A stretch of DNA of 60,233 bases from Alloascoidea hylecoeti (taxonomy: Eukaryota): NCBI GenBank assembly GCA_001600815.1, contig BCKZ01000002.1:682001-742233 (forward strand). The letters run 5' to 3'. The notes under the pieces were generated by a model. It searched no databases. It had not been told where the DNA came from and saw nothing but the letters and a program-made list of their open reading frames with translations. Shown piece after piece: positions 13,046 through 25,778 of the stretch (position 1 is the stretch's first letter; each line of letters begins with the position of its first letter). The translations under genes and the position numbers were made by a program.

Positions 13046-14755
13046 TCAGCACTGATCACCATTATTAACATGAAGATCGAATGGATTAACTTCTGTTTCT
13101 GCGAATTTTCTGGCTGGAATCTTTTTCTCAAATAGCAAATCTAGCTCAGCAAAAGACCTTCCTTTTGGCTCGGGGAGTCTGAAATATGCATAAATAAAGC
13201 AAATTGAATTTAAACCAGCCCAAAAGAACCCAGTTTTTGCTCCCCAGTTCCAAGCTGTAGGATTTAGCATATAAGGTGTTAAAAAGGAGTTTATAATGGC
13301 AAAAACATTAAAGAGATCTCTCGCAATAACAACTGTTTTTGTCCTTAATCTTGAAGATGATAATTCTGGCACCAAACTGTAACAAACTGGTCCAATTGTC
13401 ATATCGTAAACAAATGTTAGAACAAGTAATAATGATCCTATACCCCAATTAACTCCTTTATTCGTTGTTGGTAAACAACCCAATCCTCCAATAATAATTA
13501 ATATCAAAAATAGTCCTCCAATCCCCCAAATATATAAGGTGCGACGGCCAATTGTCCTCATTAAATACCATGATAAAAGTGTACCAACTATACCAACCCC
13601 ATATTGTCCTAAACTTAAAGAAAATGAATCATTTTCTGATAAATTTCCTGCCTGAACATAGAAATAATTTGAATATCCCATCAAGTTTCCTCCACACATT
13701 TGTTGAATGATCCAAACACATGAAGTTATTTCTGTTCTTCTTAAATTAATGCCTTTAAAACAATCGTAATAGGTCGCACCTTTGCATTCCTTTTCTTCTA
13801 GATCTGTTGTGATAACAATCATTGATAATGAATTATCGATATATTTTTCATGGTCTTCTCTTGATCGATATTTTGGTTTCGTTCGTAATCTATTTAATGA
13901 TATTCTGGCTTCCTCAAGGTTATTAGTTTTGACTAACCACCATGGTGATTCTGGTGCAAAATAAATACTGATCATAATTGGAACAGGCCAAATCCATTGA
14001 ATAGCAAATGGTATTCTATAACTCCAGTCCGATTCCATATTAACAGTACCTTTTAGAACTCCACTGCCAATTAATTGACCGATAACCCAGCATAGATTAA
14101 CATAGGTTGTTAAATAATTACGCAAAACAATGGGACACACTTCACAAGCGTATGAAACTGATAATGTTTGAAATGCTCCCCAAGGTAATCCTAATAATAA
14201 TTCTCCGACTGCAATCATACCAATTTTATCTGCGAAAAAAACAATAAAAATAAAACAAACGGTTAGAAATAAAGATATCAATAATGTTTTCTTATATCCA
14301 ATTTTGTCTGCAATATAACCTGAAAAGAATAATCCAATGATTTCACCGACATTAACACACATTGATAGACCCGTTTGCCAACGAGCTGGTATTTGATACT
14401 CATTTTCTTCTAAATTTGTTAGTTCCCCAAACTTTCTCTTAAATGGTTCTAATGTATAGAAAGATGAAAGCAATACAGTATCATAACCTTCCATTATAAT
14501 AATAGATGATAAAACTAAGGACCAGCATACAGCCTTGGGGTATTGTTTAATACCTTCAAGTAATGGCATTTCATGTTCAGCGTCTGAGGCAGTTTTTGCA
14601 CTCTCAAGTTTTCTATCCAAAGATTCATTCATCATAGTTGAAAGGTCCTTATGATTAATATTACTATTATCACCTATGGTTGAAGCGTTACACTTAACGT
14701 TTAATTTCGATATTATAGATACTATACTTAACTTTTCAGAATGAGTTGATTCCAT
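13046..14755 (-). CDS. Alpha-glucoside/maltose permease (MAL11/MAL31 family, MFS sugar porter)
   Basis: IIMEGYD, YACEVCPIVLRNYLTTYVNLCW, FAIQWIWP, PESPWWLV, LPEPKGRSFAELDLLFEKKIPARKF. First ATG is at 14755. Confidence 0.9.
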   Translation of the reverse strand: MESTHSEKLSIVSIISKLNVKCNASTIGDNSNINHKDLSTMMNESLDRKLESAKTASDAEHEMPLLEGIKQYPKAVCWSLVLSSIIIMEGYDTVLLSSFYTLEPFKRKFGELTNLEENEYQIPARWQTGLSMCVNVGEIIGLFFSGYIADKIGYKKTLLISLFLTVCFIFIVFFADKIGMIAVGELLLGLPWGAFQTLSVSYACEVCPIVLRNYLTTYVNLCWVIGQLIGSGVLKGTVNMESDWSYRIPFAIQWIWPVPIMISIYFAPESPWWLVKTNNLEEARISLNRLRTKPKYRSREDHEKYIDNSLSMIVITTDLEEKECKGATYYDCFKGINLRRTEITSCVWIIQQMCGGNLMGYSNYFYVQAGNLSENDSFSLSLGQYGVGIVGTLLSWYLMRTIGRRTLYIWGIGGLFLILIIIGGLGCLPTTNKGVNWGIGSLLLVLTFVYDMTIGPVCYSLVPELSSSRLRTKTVVIARDLFNVFAIINSFLTPYMLNPTAWNWGAKTGFFWAGLNSICFIYAYFRLPEPKGRSFAELDLLFEKKIPARKFAETEVNPFDLHVNNGDQC

Positions 14756-15049
14756 TATTCTGAAATTTAGAGCTGGGAAAAATATCAATTGAAGTAATAT
14801 ATATATTCAAGGGTTTTTATTTATTCTGTATAAGACGAATATCTGGCTATATATAGATTCTATAACTAAGCTTGAAGAATTTTATGCCTGCATTGATGTC
14901 TTATTATATTAATACAAAATTACTAACTATAGAATTCACGGCCATATGGAAAATTACTTTTTATATCAATATCAGTTACCAACTTACCATAATAAAATCA
15001 TCCTGGTTAAAATATAATATAAGGTTTCACATGAAAATCCATGCGTGAA

Positions 15050-15067
15050 TTTCTTTCAATAGTGGGG
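15050..15067. promoter_or_regulatory. Possible Mig1/CreA glucose-repression site
   Basis: AT-rich box followed by GTGGGG (15062..15067), about 310 bp upstream of the maltose permease ATG. Motif match only. Confidence 0.35.
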
Positions 15068-16266
15068 AAGAATATAAATTTATATTGTACGGCGATTTAT
15101 GTAAGGTATATATAGTATTTCGGATAGTATTTCCAATTTTTTATCCACAAGTTGAAAGCCTTACCATTAGAATTTAGAATGGTACAATACATGCATGTTT
15201 CATCGAATAATTTTACGTTTCCATATAGCTATGAGTAACGGATTAATATTGATATATTATAATTTTACTCAAACAAATGACGAAATCAAACCTAAACAAG
15301 ATACCGAACATTTAATTTCCCTTTTGCTGAAAGCACACTGATCACATATCTGATATCGATAGGTAACATCTCTTTATCCTACCGATTGCTACAATATTTC
15401 TATTACTCTGAACTCGCCATATTGGAGTGGCATTTTATGTAATAATTAGTTTCCATAGTGAAACCTTTTTCGTTATTTTGGCTTTAATGTAGTTCGCTTT
15501 ATGATTTACTTACATTTCGTCATTATATTTAACTTAAACGCGAATATATGGATAGATTCGCAATTATTGGAGGCAATATTTTGCGGATTCGTTTTTGAAT
15601 ATTTCGTTCGTTTCGAAAGCGGTTAATTCGACGGCTGTCTAGGGGGTGGTCGGCTGAGTCTAAAATATACAAACCCTGGCCAACTTTATTAAGTAGGGAA
15701 ATAACGCCTTTCAAAATGACGAAATGTTTGTCAACCATACGGCAAACTAAATTGAAGCCAGGTAACAGAAATATGATCACCTGGAAACCAACTATTAAAA
15801 TCCAAATTGCTAAAACTATACATCTTAGAGTGACTAAAATGTCCCTTCACAATGGCGAATTCACAGTCGAAATACTGCATTTATATTAGCCATACATAAC
15901 ACTCAAAAATCATTCTTAACAAGTAAATAATATAAAGCCTAAAAAAAAAACAAAAAAGATTAAAATATTTCAAACAGTCTAGGTCATGGTACACTTGATA
16001 AACATCAAACCAGTTATCAATGTATTTCATACATATTTTTTTTCATAATCTATAACTGTATACATAAAACAATAACACGTAAGGCAATAGCAAATATATA
16101 CAAACAAAGCAATAATTGTCCTCAAGTATAATGAGACGAGTATAATTAATTTATCTGGATCGTTACCATTGGCTTTATTTCATTCAATCATCATCATAGT
16201 CAAAATCCTTAGAAAATATCTATGATATCATTCAGTAGATACTTGACGTTTCGTAATATTCCAACT

Positions 16267-19200
16267 TTAAAATTGAATCATTGACATATCAATATTTTGA
16301 ATATTATTTAAGTTTAATAAGGTTGGTGAGCTCATTGTCATAAATTCTAAAGAATGTTCTAATCCTAACTCTGGTTTAAGTTGTACATGATTTTGGTTTT
16401 TATTTTGTGTCTGATTTTGTAATTGCAATTGGTTAATATTAATATTAGCATTCTGTGATCTTCGCTGTTGCAGTTGTTGTTTTTGTTGTATTCTTTGAGC
16501 TTGAGATATTGGATTTAATGAAGGTGATAAATAATGGTTATGCGTGGCCGAATAAAAATCAGGCGAAAAATCATTATATATATTACCATTGGAATTATTG
16601 TTATTATTTTCAAATGACGAGTCCTTGCTTATAAAATAATCTTCAGCTAATGGTGTATTAAGTGATGATGTTGCATCAACAGAGAAATTTGAATCAGTTG
16701 TTAAACTTTCTAAAGAATCCATAGAATCTAGAGAATCAGATAGTGACGGCACAGATATTGAGAAATGAGGAGGAATATGTTGATTGTTGTTGCTATTAGG
16801 GACAACAATATCCAAAAGATCTAACTCTAATCCTAAATCGGAAGGTGTGAATAAAGAACTTGTTGAGTCACCAGGTGTTATTGTCGACATACTTGTATCT
16901 GAATTCATATTTGAATTTAAATTTGGTGTTGGATTATTATCGATATATCTATCCGATTCAGAAGCATTCAAATTATTGTAATCATATGAGTGTTTACAAA
17001 CACTTAAATTTGAAATGATTGGTTTTAATAAATTATCATCATCGTGATCAATAAGATTGAATTTACTCGTATTAATGTTAATATTCTCATTTTCATTATC
17101 ATTATCAATACCATCATTTTCCAAAATACTATTTAAAACAGATGATTTTTCAATATAATTTAAGTCGCCTAACATCTCTGGAGTTAAATAATGAACAACT
17201 GTTTCATTTGAAATTGAATTTCTATGTGTCTGCTCTTCATTCTTTAAAAAGTTGATGAAAAATACAAGATGAGACTTTAATTCTAAGCGATCTTCAAATT
17301 TGACTAATTTGTAATTTAAAGTTGCAAATATAAATGATGATAAAATATGTGATGATAAAATAAAGATTGGAAAATTTAAATCGAATGATCTATATTGAAT
17401 TGTTAGATCCTTTAAAGTTCTAACACAGTTGAAAAATGACTGTGTTTGTCTTTCATTATCATCAACAGTGTTATTTAATGTAGAAGATGAAATTGGAGTT
17501 GTTGGCTTTGTTAAAACTGATTTTAAGATCCAATATAAAATATTAACTAATATAGAATAGAAATTTGTTGTTTTTGTTCCATCATTATCACTATTTAAAT
17601 TATCATTTGTATGTAGTTTAAATGTCATTGGCAGTGATTCCCAGGCCAAATCCAAATATTTCGATAGTAAGTTTAATTGTTCCTTTGTTGGTATGTAATC
17701 AACAAAGTATAAGTGACTTTGTGGGGTTTTATCTTTATTGTTTAAATTCAGGGCAATTTCATGTCTTTTATGATGGATTGAATTAAGTGTTATATTTAGT
17801 AGCGTTGATAACTTTGCTAATGTTATAAATAATACTGCTGTATTAACATTTGTGTTCAAATTATTGTTACTGTCCGGGTTAGTTGATGTTATCGTTGACG
17901 TAGACATCATTGAATTTGATCTTTGTTTATGACCTTTTAATCGAAAGTTCAGGAGAAAGTCATTTGAAATTAATTGATCAGGAAATTCAGTCCATTTCAA
18001 ATCTTCCATTTCAGTTCCAGTTATATCATTAGGATTAGAATTTGGCGGTGAACATATAACAGGTATCCTATTTAAATATAATGAGAGTAATTTATCCCAA
18101 ATAAAACACGTCCACGTAATTCTTCTTCTTGATTCTAAGTCTTCTTCCGCTTCAATTAATATTCTATTCTTTTTATTATTACTGTTATTAATACGACGGA
18201 GATTGGTAAAATCTTGTTCATTGATGTTAACATTATCTTCATAAGACATAATTTCTAAATCCTTTTCTTGTTTAAAAGCAATGCCAGCATATAACCAAGA
18301 TTGAGAGAAATTTCCCGTTTTGAACTCAGTCCATGATTGAAGTAAAAATGCCTGTAGATTTGGTATTGAGGCAGGTTGTGTTATTGTTTCACTTAGTAAC
18401 CACTGGGTCTTTTGCTTGATATTATCAACGATTTGTTTCGGCACCTGCTTATGTATATAAGTGATTGAGCTTTCTAATATAACAGATAGTAACGATGGAG
18501 AGAAATAACAATTTTCTGGGCGTTGACATTCAGTTGCATCACTTTGGCCAATGATTTTGTTATCATATCTATCTTCTTCGTAAACACTTACTTTCCCCTC
18601 ACCAGTTTGGAAAAAGCTATGACCGTAGACATAAAGACTAACATCTCTATAGAATAAACTAGACTGTATGAATATAATGCCATAATTGTTTGTGGTATAT
18701 TTAAAGAATAAATCAAGTAAACCATCTGTTAAACTCTTTGGCAAGATATCATTAATAATTGCAGAGGCAACTTTTTTCGCAGCGGGTTCGTGCCTTCTAG
18801 CTTCATCAACCCTTTTAATTATATAGTTTTTCTTTTCAATAGATCTGTTACTTGGATTGAAATGGTCTTTAATAAACGTAAGTTGCGGTTTTAAATCTCT
18901 AGATCTTCTACTTTGATCGAACGGACAAGCGGCACATCTTGAAGAAGTTGTCGTGGATCCGCGTTCTCTTTTAACTCTATAATCTTCAATATCGTCAATT
19001 GTATCTTTGGAGTCACCATATTTTCTCTTTAATCGCTCAATTTGTTGGGTTAATTCATCAACCGATTTTTCCAGGTGTCGGACATAAGCAATAGAGGCAG
19101 GTTTATCATAATCGCACTTCTCACCAAGTTTAGCACAGGATGAGCAACGAGGGGAAGCTCCATCACATTTAGCCTAATAGTATTAAAAAAGAAAAGAAAA

Positions 19201-19370
19201 AAAAAGGTGCAGAGCAGAGCACAGGTTAGTAGATGATTAGTCAACAAAAAGATTTGCAGGAAAATAGACATAAATGAGCAAATTAAAGAGGAGGGGGGAC
19301 ATACCTTCTTCTTTCTACAGTTGGCACAAGTTAGCCGATGAAATCTCTTTTGTCGTTTCTCTTCAACCAT
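16267..19370 (-). CDS. Zn(II)2Cys6 transcription factor with fungal TF middle-homology domain; join(19305..19370,16267..19173)
   Basis: The spliced cluster reads CANCRKKK|AKCDGASPRCSSCAKLGEKC. GTATGT..TAG intron at 19174..19304. Exon 2 is open and in frame with ORF 16267..18744, which contains ESRRRITWTCFIWDKLLSLYLNR. Confidence 0.88.
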
Positions 19371-22282
19371 TTTAGAAATATTTCAGCACGTAGTGGAGGT
19401 GAAGAGGAAGAAGAAGAAAAAAAATGAAGGAGAAAAAATGAGAAATACAAAACCTATTTGCTTTGGTGGAGCCTGGCCCAATCAGGAATATCTTTTTCAT
19501 CTAAGGTGCGTTGATGCTTGTAACTTTAACTCTAACACAAAATTCTAAGAAGTTATCTGATCCGAGTATACATGTGCATGTGCATAAATCCAAATATGTT
19601 GCATTATACATATTTTGGTATGCAGATCTTTTTGATCAGTTCGGTCCCTATTTTTTTGATGACTCATGTTACGCAGAAGTATGGTATAATTAATTATATT
19701 TTTTCACACTGTTCATATATATCTTTTTTTTTTTTCACTTAAAGATGGCCGAAATTAATGGAATGATTAAATATACGCGTTATATGGTGGAGTTATCTTG
19801 TTCAACCGGACTCTAAAACGATTTAGAAGAGATCATAAAATGATGTCAGCCCAAAATGTCTAGAACAATTGCAATACTATTTGTTTTAGCATGCTTATAA
19901 CCACACCGGCTGTTTTGATTGCAACCATTAATCAACAAAGCGAACCAGATTAATAGATCCCATAAAAATATAATCAGGCCGTTATATTTTATATATATTT
20001 TGTTTTTAATATTTATTATGCGAATATCAATCAAATACTGAGAGAGTCTACATCATGATATATATCAATACTGTAATTGAAAATTCTTTGATTATAATTG
20101 ATCATACTAAAAAAGAAGGCGTAAATACATTTGCAACTGGAAGTCCAATGCAGTAATGTTCTTCTTGCGTTCAGGTATCCGATTTTTAATAACATATATG
20201 GCTGATATATATATATATAATATTTCATGAATATTGGTATGGATACATCTTTTCCAGAACCTTTGAAGCATATATGGATTAGATGGATCTAGATAGAATA
20301 ACTCCTGTGTCTGAATTTGAGCTCTCAAAAACGCCTTTATCGAATTTTATGTGTTATATTTCCAATACAGAAGCACGATAATAAGTAATAACAGACTACC
20401 ATCGGCACACGGAGAACATTAACTTTTTCCTTCCTCAGAAATAGCGCTAGCCATCCAAATTATATAATTAAAAAATTTTCAAGTCACAATTTTGTAGCAG
20501 AAATCTTAGTTATAGACTTATATAGTTACATAACCATTCTATAATTATTACAATATTAATAAGGATATTAAGGAATCATGGACTGTATGATAATAACTGT
20601 CATTTTCAACCTTGCCAAAGAGATCTATGAACTATACAGACCCAGATGTGGAACAATTATTACATCACTACATGGCACATGCCAAGTTAATTAATTATTT
20701 CTTATAAATAGCAAACAATAACCCTACACGTATACATATACAGTATCACACCATCGATATTGACTTCAAGACCCATTCAAAGATAAAAGATTTGGATATA
20801 AAATTACAAATATATCCTAATATGATTCATCATCATAGTTATACCGTTATAACTGTAGCTATAGGCTCTAAACAGAGGTCTTATTGCCCTTCCTGGATAT
20901 TCGAATAAATTTAATATAGTTATGATGACCATTTTCAGTTTACAATTGCAACTTATCACGAAAAATAAAATCAGTTACAAATAGCACATCCATAGAAATT
21001 CAAATACGATATGTCGTCTATAGGTGTTCTATGTTTCAAGCTGTATAACGGATGAAGCGTAATAAATCCAATCCGCTGTATGTATATACATGTATAGAAT
21101 CTATAGATATATATGGTTAGAGGCTATGTGTTTAAGACTCGTTTGATATCGATAATAATATAATGAAGTGTTGAGCATCTAAAAAGTCCCTGTAAGCTTA
21201 AGCTTATAAGTCTAGACCCCTGAAATAAAAGCAAAAACTAGTCACAAACTCACAATCGATTAATTATGCATCAACCTCTAACTTATAATTAAATGTTCAA
21301 AAAGGTATAAGAACCGCGGGAGTTCGGATATCCTCTTATGATCGTTTAGATAAACCCAAATGCGGTTAATCTATTCGATCAGTAAAACTCGTTTATCTTT
21401 AACGAGCAAACGACCAAAACTTTATAATTATGCACTGTTCTTCGGACTCCTGCTGTACCAAAAAAATGTTAGGGATATTTGGTCCGACACGGCACTTTCC
21501 TGTGATGTCGGATGTGTTAGAAATAATATTATTTTATTTATAATTTATTATTTACTTTCAAATGGTGAATTTTTCACTCCAATTGTGGTTAATCTAATCG
21601 ATCTACTTAGTTAACAATCTTTCAGCATACGAATAACTTCTATTTTAGTCACCATATACAACACGTAGTTGACTATACATATTTAGCTGACTAATTATTA
21701 TTTCATTCATAAAAATCTTAAGTCATGTTTTTTTATGTTTTCCAATCACAAGCTTGATCATAAAAATATTAGCTATTAATTAGAATTCACACACATGTAT
21801 TATAATTACCATGACCGACAATAAATTTCAATTAAAATCTTTTCATGCTAACTGATGGGATAGATAGCAACGTTCAATAGCGAAATATTTAAATGTTGTA
21901 AAGTTTGGTGAACCTTATAATTATATTATGAATTTGAAGAAGCGTATAGTCTGTATACCAACCTTATATAAAAGGGAAATTCGAAAAATTCGAAAAAAGT
22001 AGGTTTAGTCATGGGCTTATGGACCATGACAGTTTTTTCATTGTAACCGAGTTCGGTTTTGCTGCTATGCTTGCAAAAAATAGGTACAAACTACAAATAG
22101 TTTACAATTAATTATATTAGATTCAATTTAAGACCTGAAACTCAAAATACAGTACAATCAACTATTCGTTAAGTTTTAGTTGCAGATTTTTTTTAATGAA
22201 CCAGTTAATTTTCGAAGGATATATATTTTTATAACATTGCTGGGAAATACCATCGCACTGATAGTATAATCATAAGAAACAA

Positions 22283-23282
22283 TCACATATTGTCATTCAT
22301 AGTCTCCAAAAATCCTAAAATTTTATCCATTTTTGTTTCTAGAATGGCCATTCTTGCATTTATTTGTTTGATTTCATCACTTTCATATCTTAATATTACA
22401 TCTGGATTAGGAGATATTTGGATTACTTGAGGTGTAGTACCCTGTGATGTAGAGTTAATATTGCTCCCAAATTCATTAGTATCTGATGAGGAAGATGTAA
22501 AAACGTTTAAATTAATAAGACTTGGACTTGGAACGTTCGATCTTTGTCTTTTATATAATTGTGAGTTTCTTGATATGTGCCTTTGTGGTCGTGTCGGTGG
22601 TTGACTAGGTTGGGTCGATTGACTTGGTTGAATGGGTATCAGATTAAGTTGAGTTTGTTCCACTGAACCCTGATTGACTTGGTTGTGATTGATTTGTTCC
22701 ACATCGCTATTGGATCTTCGATGAGCATTTTCAGAGTCTCGAAGTCTGAATTTCGTTACATTATCCAACTAAAAAAGAAATTATATGAGAAGAGTTTAGT
22801 GTGAAGTAAGTTCAATATATCAATAAACAGTTATTACGTACCTGAGCCATAATTCTCTCTAAAACTGATTCGTTATAGGTGATACTTTCCGATGATATTA
22901 ATCCAGCTCCTTTCTTTCTCTCGAAATTTCCTAGAAGTTTCTTAAATTGTGCTGAAATCGTTCTCGACTGGAAAACGTTGGAGCCAGCTCTTTCGTTAAA
23001 ATCATCAAGACATTCTTTCCAGGCACCCCTTACTTCACCATGGCCTGCGAGCATCGGCATATGTTCAGAAATAGCCTCAAGCAGTATTTTATTTGTATCT
23101 TCATTCCATCCTACTCTTTTGACCATCGTGTATGGTCTTTCATTCGAACTATCGGCATTATCACCAGCATCGACTGTATTAGAATTCACATTTTGGTTAA
23201 TTGATGGGGTCGGTGCCGAACCTGCTGATGGAGATAATCGAAACGTGTGTAAAAGATTCGTTTGAGGAATTTGACTACTCAT
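22283..23282 (-). CDS. Myb/SANT-like (trihelix) domain protein with C-terminal coiled coil, about 308 aa; join(22842..23282,22283..22768)
   Basis: WNEDTNKILLEAI..HMP...HGEVRGAWKECLDDFN...RTISAQFKKLL shows Trp-anchored helix spacing. A GTACGT..TAG intron at 22769..22841 joins two ORFs in phase 0. Confidence 0.7.
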
Positions 23283-23898
23283 TTTATAATTTCAATTAAT
23301 TTACTTTTTATGTTATATGCGTTTTGTTGTGTTGCGATCAAATTCGCGAAAGAAAAAGGCGATTGTTTATATTCAAATGAAGATATTTGCGTTTGGAAAA
23401 TGTGTGAGGTCCACCAAAATGAAAACTTGTGCGCACGACGGATAATACATTTATGCAGCCTTGGGCGCAATTTGTCGCATCCATTTTCCTAATTGGGCTC
23501 TTCACACTTACATAACCACCAGAATTAATAATATTCAGAGTTTTGCTACTATATACTCTTGATCATCACGCTATTTAACATGGTTACAGTTACTTAATAA
23601 GTCCTTACAGACGAAAGCTTGGAAGCAATATATCATAATCATTTATTCTGATGTCCTCGATGCCTATAATAACAATATACCCGCGGTATTGCTACTACTG
23701 TTACAAACCATATCTAATCATACTTACACCATATGAGCTTTACCTATCTATATCGCAAATAGCTTCCATTTCTTGATTTACTCTAATTGCGTATATAATG
23801 ATTCTCAGTATTTAAACTAAAGTTCCAGCTGTTTTATTAATCAGTTTTCATATAGAAACTTCTACAACTACATCTTAACACGTCTTATACTCATTACA

Positions 23899-25221
23899 AT
23901 GGCTACTCCAACAATTTCAGAATCTACTCAAGATACAATCAACAACTATAATCAATATATTAGAGGTGGATTTGCACCGTTACCAATAGTTGTTAAAAAA
24001 TCAAAAGGTTCAAAAATATGGGACATTGATGATAAAGAATATCTTGATTTTTTATGCATGTATTCAGTTACAAACATGGGTCATTCACATCCAAAAATAA
24101 CAGATGTTGTTAAAAAACAAATTGATGAAAATTCTTTATTGGCAAATATGGCTGTTTTAAATCCATTATTACCAAAACTTGGAAAGAAGTTATGTGAAAA
24201 ATTTGGATATGATAAATTTGTTGCTATGAATGGTGGATCTGAAGCAAATGATGTTGCAATTAAAGTTGCAAGAAAATGGGGATATGAGGTTAAAGGAATT
24301 AAACCAAATGAAGCGCTTATTTTGACTGGAGATTCATGTTATCATGGTGCAACAATTGCAACACATTCTCTACAAACCTTTCAAAATCCAAGTTTTGGTC
24401 CGTTTGTTCCAAATGTGGGACCAAGAACTCCTGATGGAAAACTCTTAAGATATGGTAATATAGATGATTATAGAGAAGCAATTGAAGGATTTGGTGATAA
24501 TATTGCAGCTGTTTTACTAGAACCTCTCCAAGGATATAATGGTTCACTTAAACCACCTACAAGTTTTTTAAAACAGGTTTATGATCTATGTAAAAAACAT
24601 AATATTTTGTACATTTCTGACGAGGTTCAGGCAGGGTTTGGACGTGCTGGTTATCCCCTTGCACATTCTATGGAAGGTTTCAAAGCAGATATTGTAACTC
24701 TTGGGAAAGCTCTTGGTGGTGGTATTTGTGCCTTTTCTGGCGTCCTTGGCACTAAAGAAGCAATGAAAAGTTTTAAGAATATGGATTGTGGCGCTACAAT
24801 GGCCGGTAATCCAATTGGTTGTGCTGCTGCTTTGGCCTCAGTTGATCTTTTGTTTGATGAAAATTTATCTGAACAATCATTAGAGAAGGGGAAATTCTTA
24901 GTTGATTATATCAAAAAAGCAAATCCGCCTAATCTTTCAGGATTTGATGGATCAGGATTATTTATGTCTATTATCCTTAATAATAAACCACCACAAATTA
25001 CAGCAAGAAGAGTTTGCGCTTTAGCTCTTAGTAAAGGTTTGATTGTTATGGCTGCTCCTATTGGTTCTGGGGATAAGGGTAATAGGATCAGAGTAATGCC
25101 ACCTTTAAATATTTCAAAAGAAGACCTTATAAAGGGTGCCGATATTTTAATTGAAACTCTTAGAGAGATAGATTCGATTAAAGGTTATATTCCCGGCCAG
25201 AGGGACACTTCAATTTATTAA
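23899..25221 (+). CDS. CAR2: Class III PLP aminotransferase, ornithine aminotransferase (CAR2)-like but with an atypical substrate pocket
   Basis: MNGGSEANDVAIKVARKWGYEVKGI, ISDEVQAGFGRAG, DIVTLGKALGGG (PLP lysine), IRVMPPL. Confidence 0.75.
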   Translation: MATPTISESTQDTINNYNQYIRGGFAPLPIVVKKSKGSKIWDIDDKEYLDFLCMYSVTNMGHSHPKITDVVKKQIDENSLLANMAVLNPLLPKLGKKLCEKFGYDKFVAMNGGSEANDVAIKVARKWGYEVKGIKPNEALILTGDSCYHGATIATHSLQTFQNPSFGPFVPNVGPRTPDGKLLRYGNIDDYREAIEGFGDNIAAVLLEPLQGYNGSLKPPTSFLKQVYDLCKKHNILYISDEVQAGFGRAGYPLAHSMEGFKADIVTLGKALGGGICAFSGVLGTKEAMKSFKNMDCGATMAGNPIGCAAALASVDLLFDENLSEQSLEKGKFLVDYIKKANPPNLSGFDGSGLFMSIILNNKPPQITARRVCALALSKGLIVMAAPIGSGDKGNRIRVMPPLNISKEDLIKGADILIETLREIDSIKGYIPGQRDTSIY

Positions 25222-25778
25222 TATTAAAATTAAGATATATAATCATAAGCTTATAAGAGATATAGGGTATATAATTGATTATAGTTCATAAATTTGATTC
25301 ATTTTAGATAGATTACACGCTTCACTTAATTTAGGCTACAGCCATTTCTATAACTTATTTTCGACCGACCGACCGCATTATTACACAGTTAGAGTTATTT
25401 TACAATAAAATTCGCTCACAATTCGTTTACCGTCAATCACATTACTTTTGTATACTTTTCTTAACCATCAATGTCAGGTATCTATCATTCATAGCCTGAA
25501 GAATAAACAGAAGGTCTTACAACCGAGTATTTATCGCGAAGACCACCACATCGAGGATGATGTCCTAACTAATGTTGCATTGAATTTGTGCACTTCATAG
25601 ATTTATAATTAATATGAATAAAATAAAATTGGTTCATTAAAATTTTATATCTATATAATGCATATGCGTAATGCTAAATAATCATGAATAAGAAAAAGGA
25701 CAATGAATATAATTTGTTCATTTCTCACAATTGTTTATGATCATACAATTGCAAACCAGTGTGTATCAATCTCTATAA

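Noticed and set aside
15529..15780. 83-aa ORF in a CG-rich patch upstream of the maltose permease
   Set aside because: No recognisable domain; more likely promoter sequence.
20100..21620. Short ORFs and coding-looking patches in a long intergenic region
   Set aside because: No motif or consistent frame could be recognised; decayed sequence cannot be excluded without a search.
22008..22058. Two small hairpins (GTCATGG..CCATGAC and AACCGA..TCGGTT) downstream of the Myb-like gene
   Set aside because: Too short to call a transposon end; no matching partner terminus was found.
25465..25585. GC-richer patch with TCAATG/CATTGA inverted ends
   Set aside because: No canonical box C at the 5' end and no recognisable family; a 6-bp match is expected by chance.
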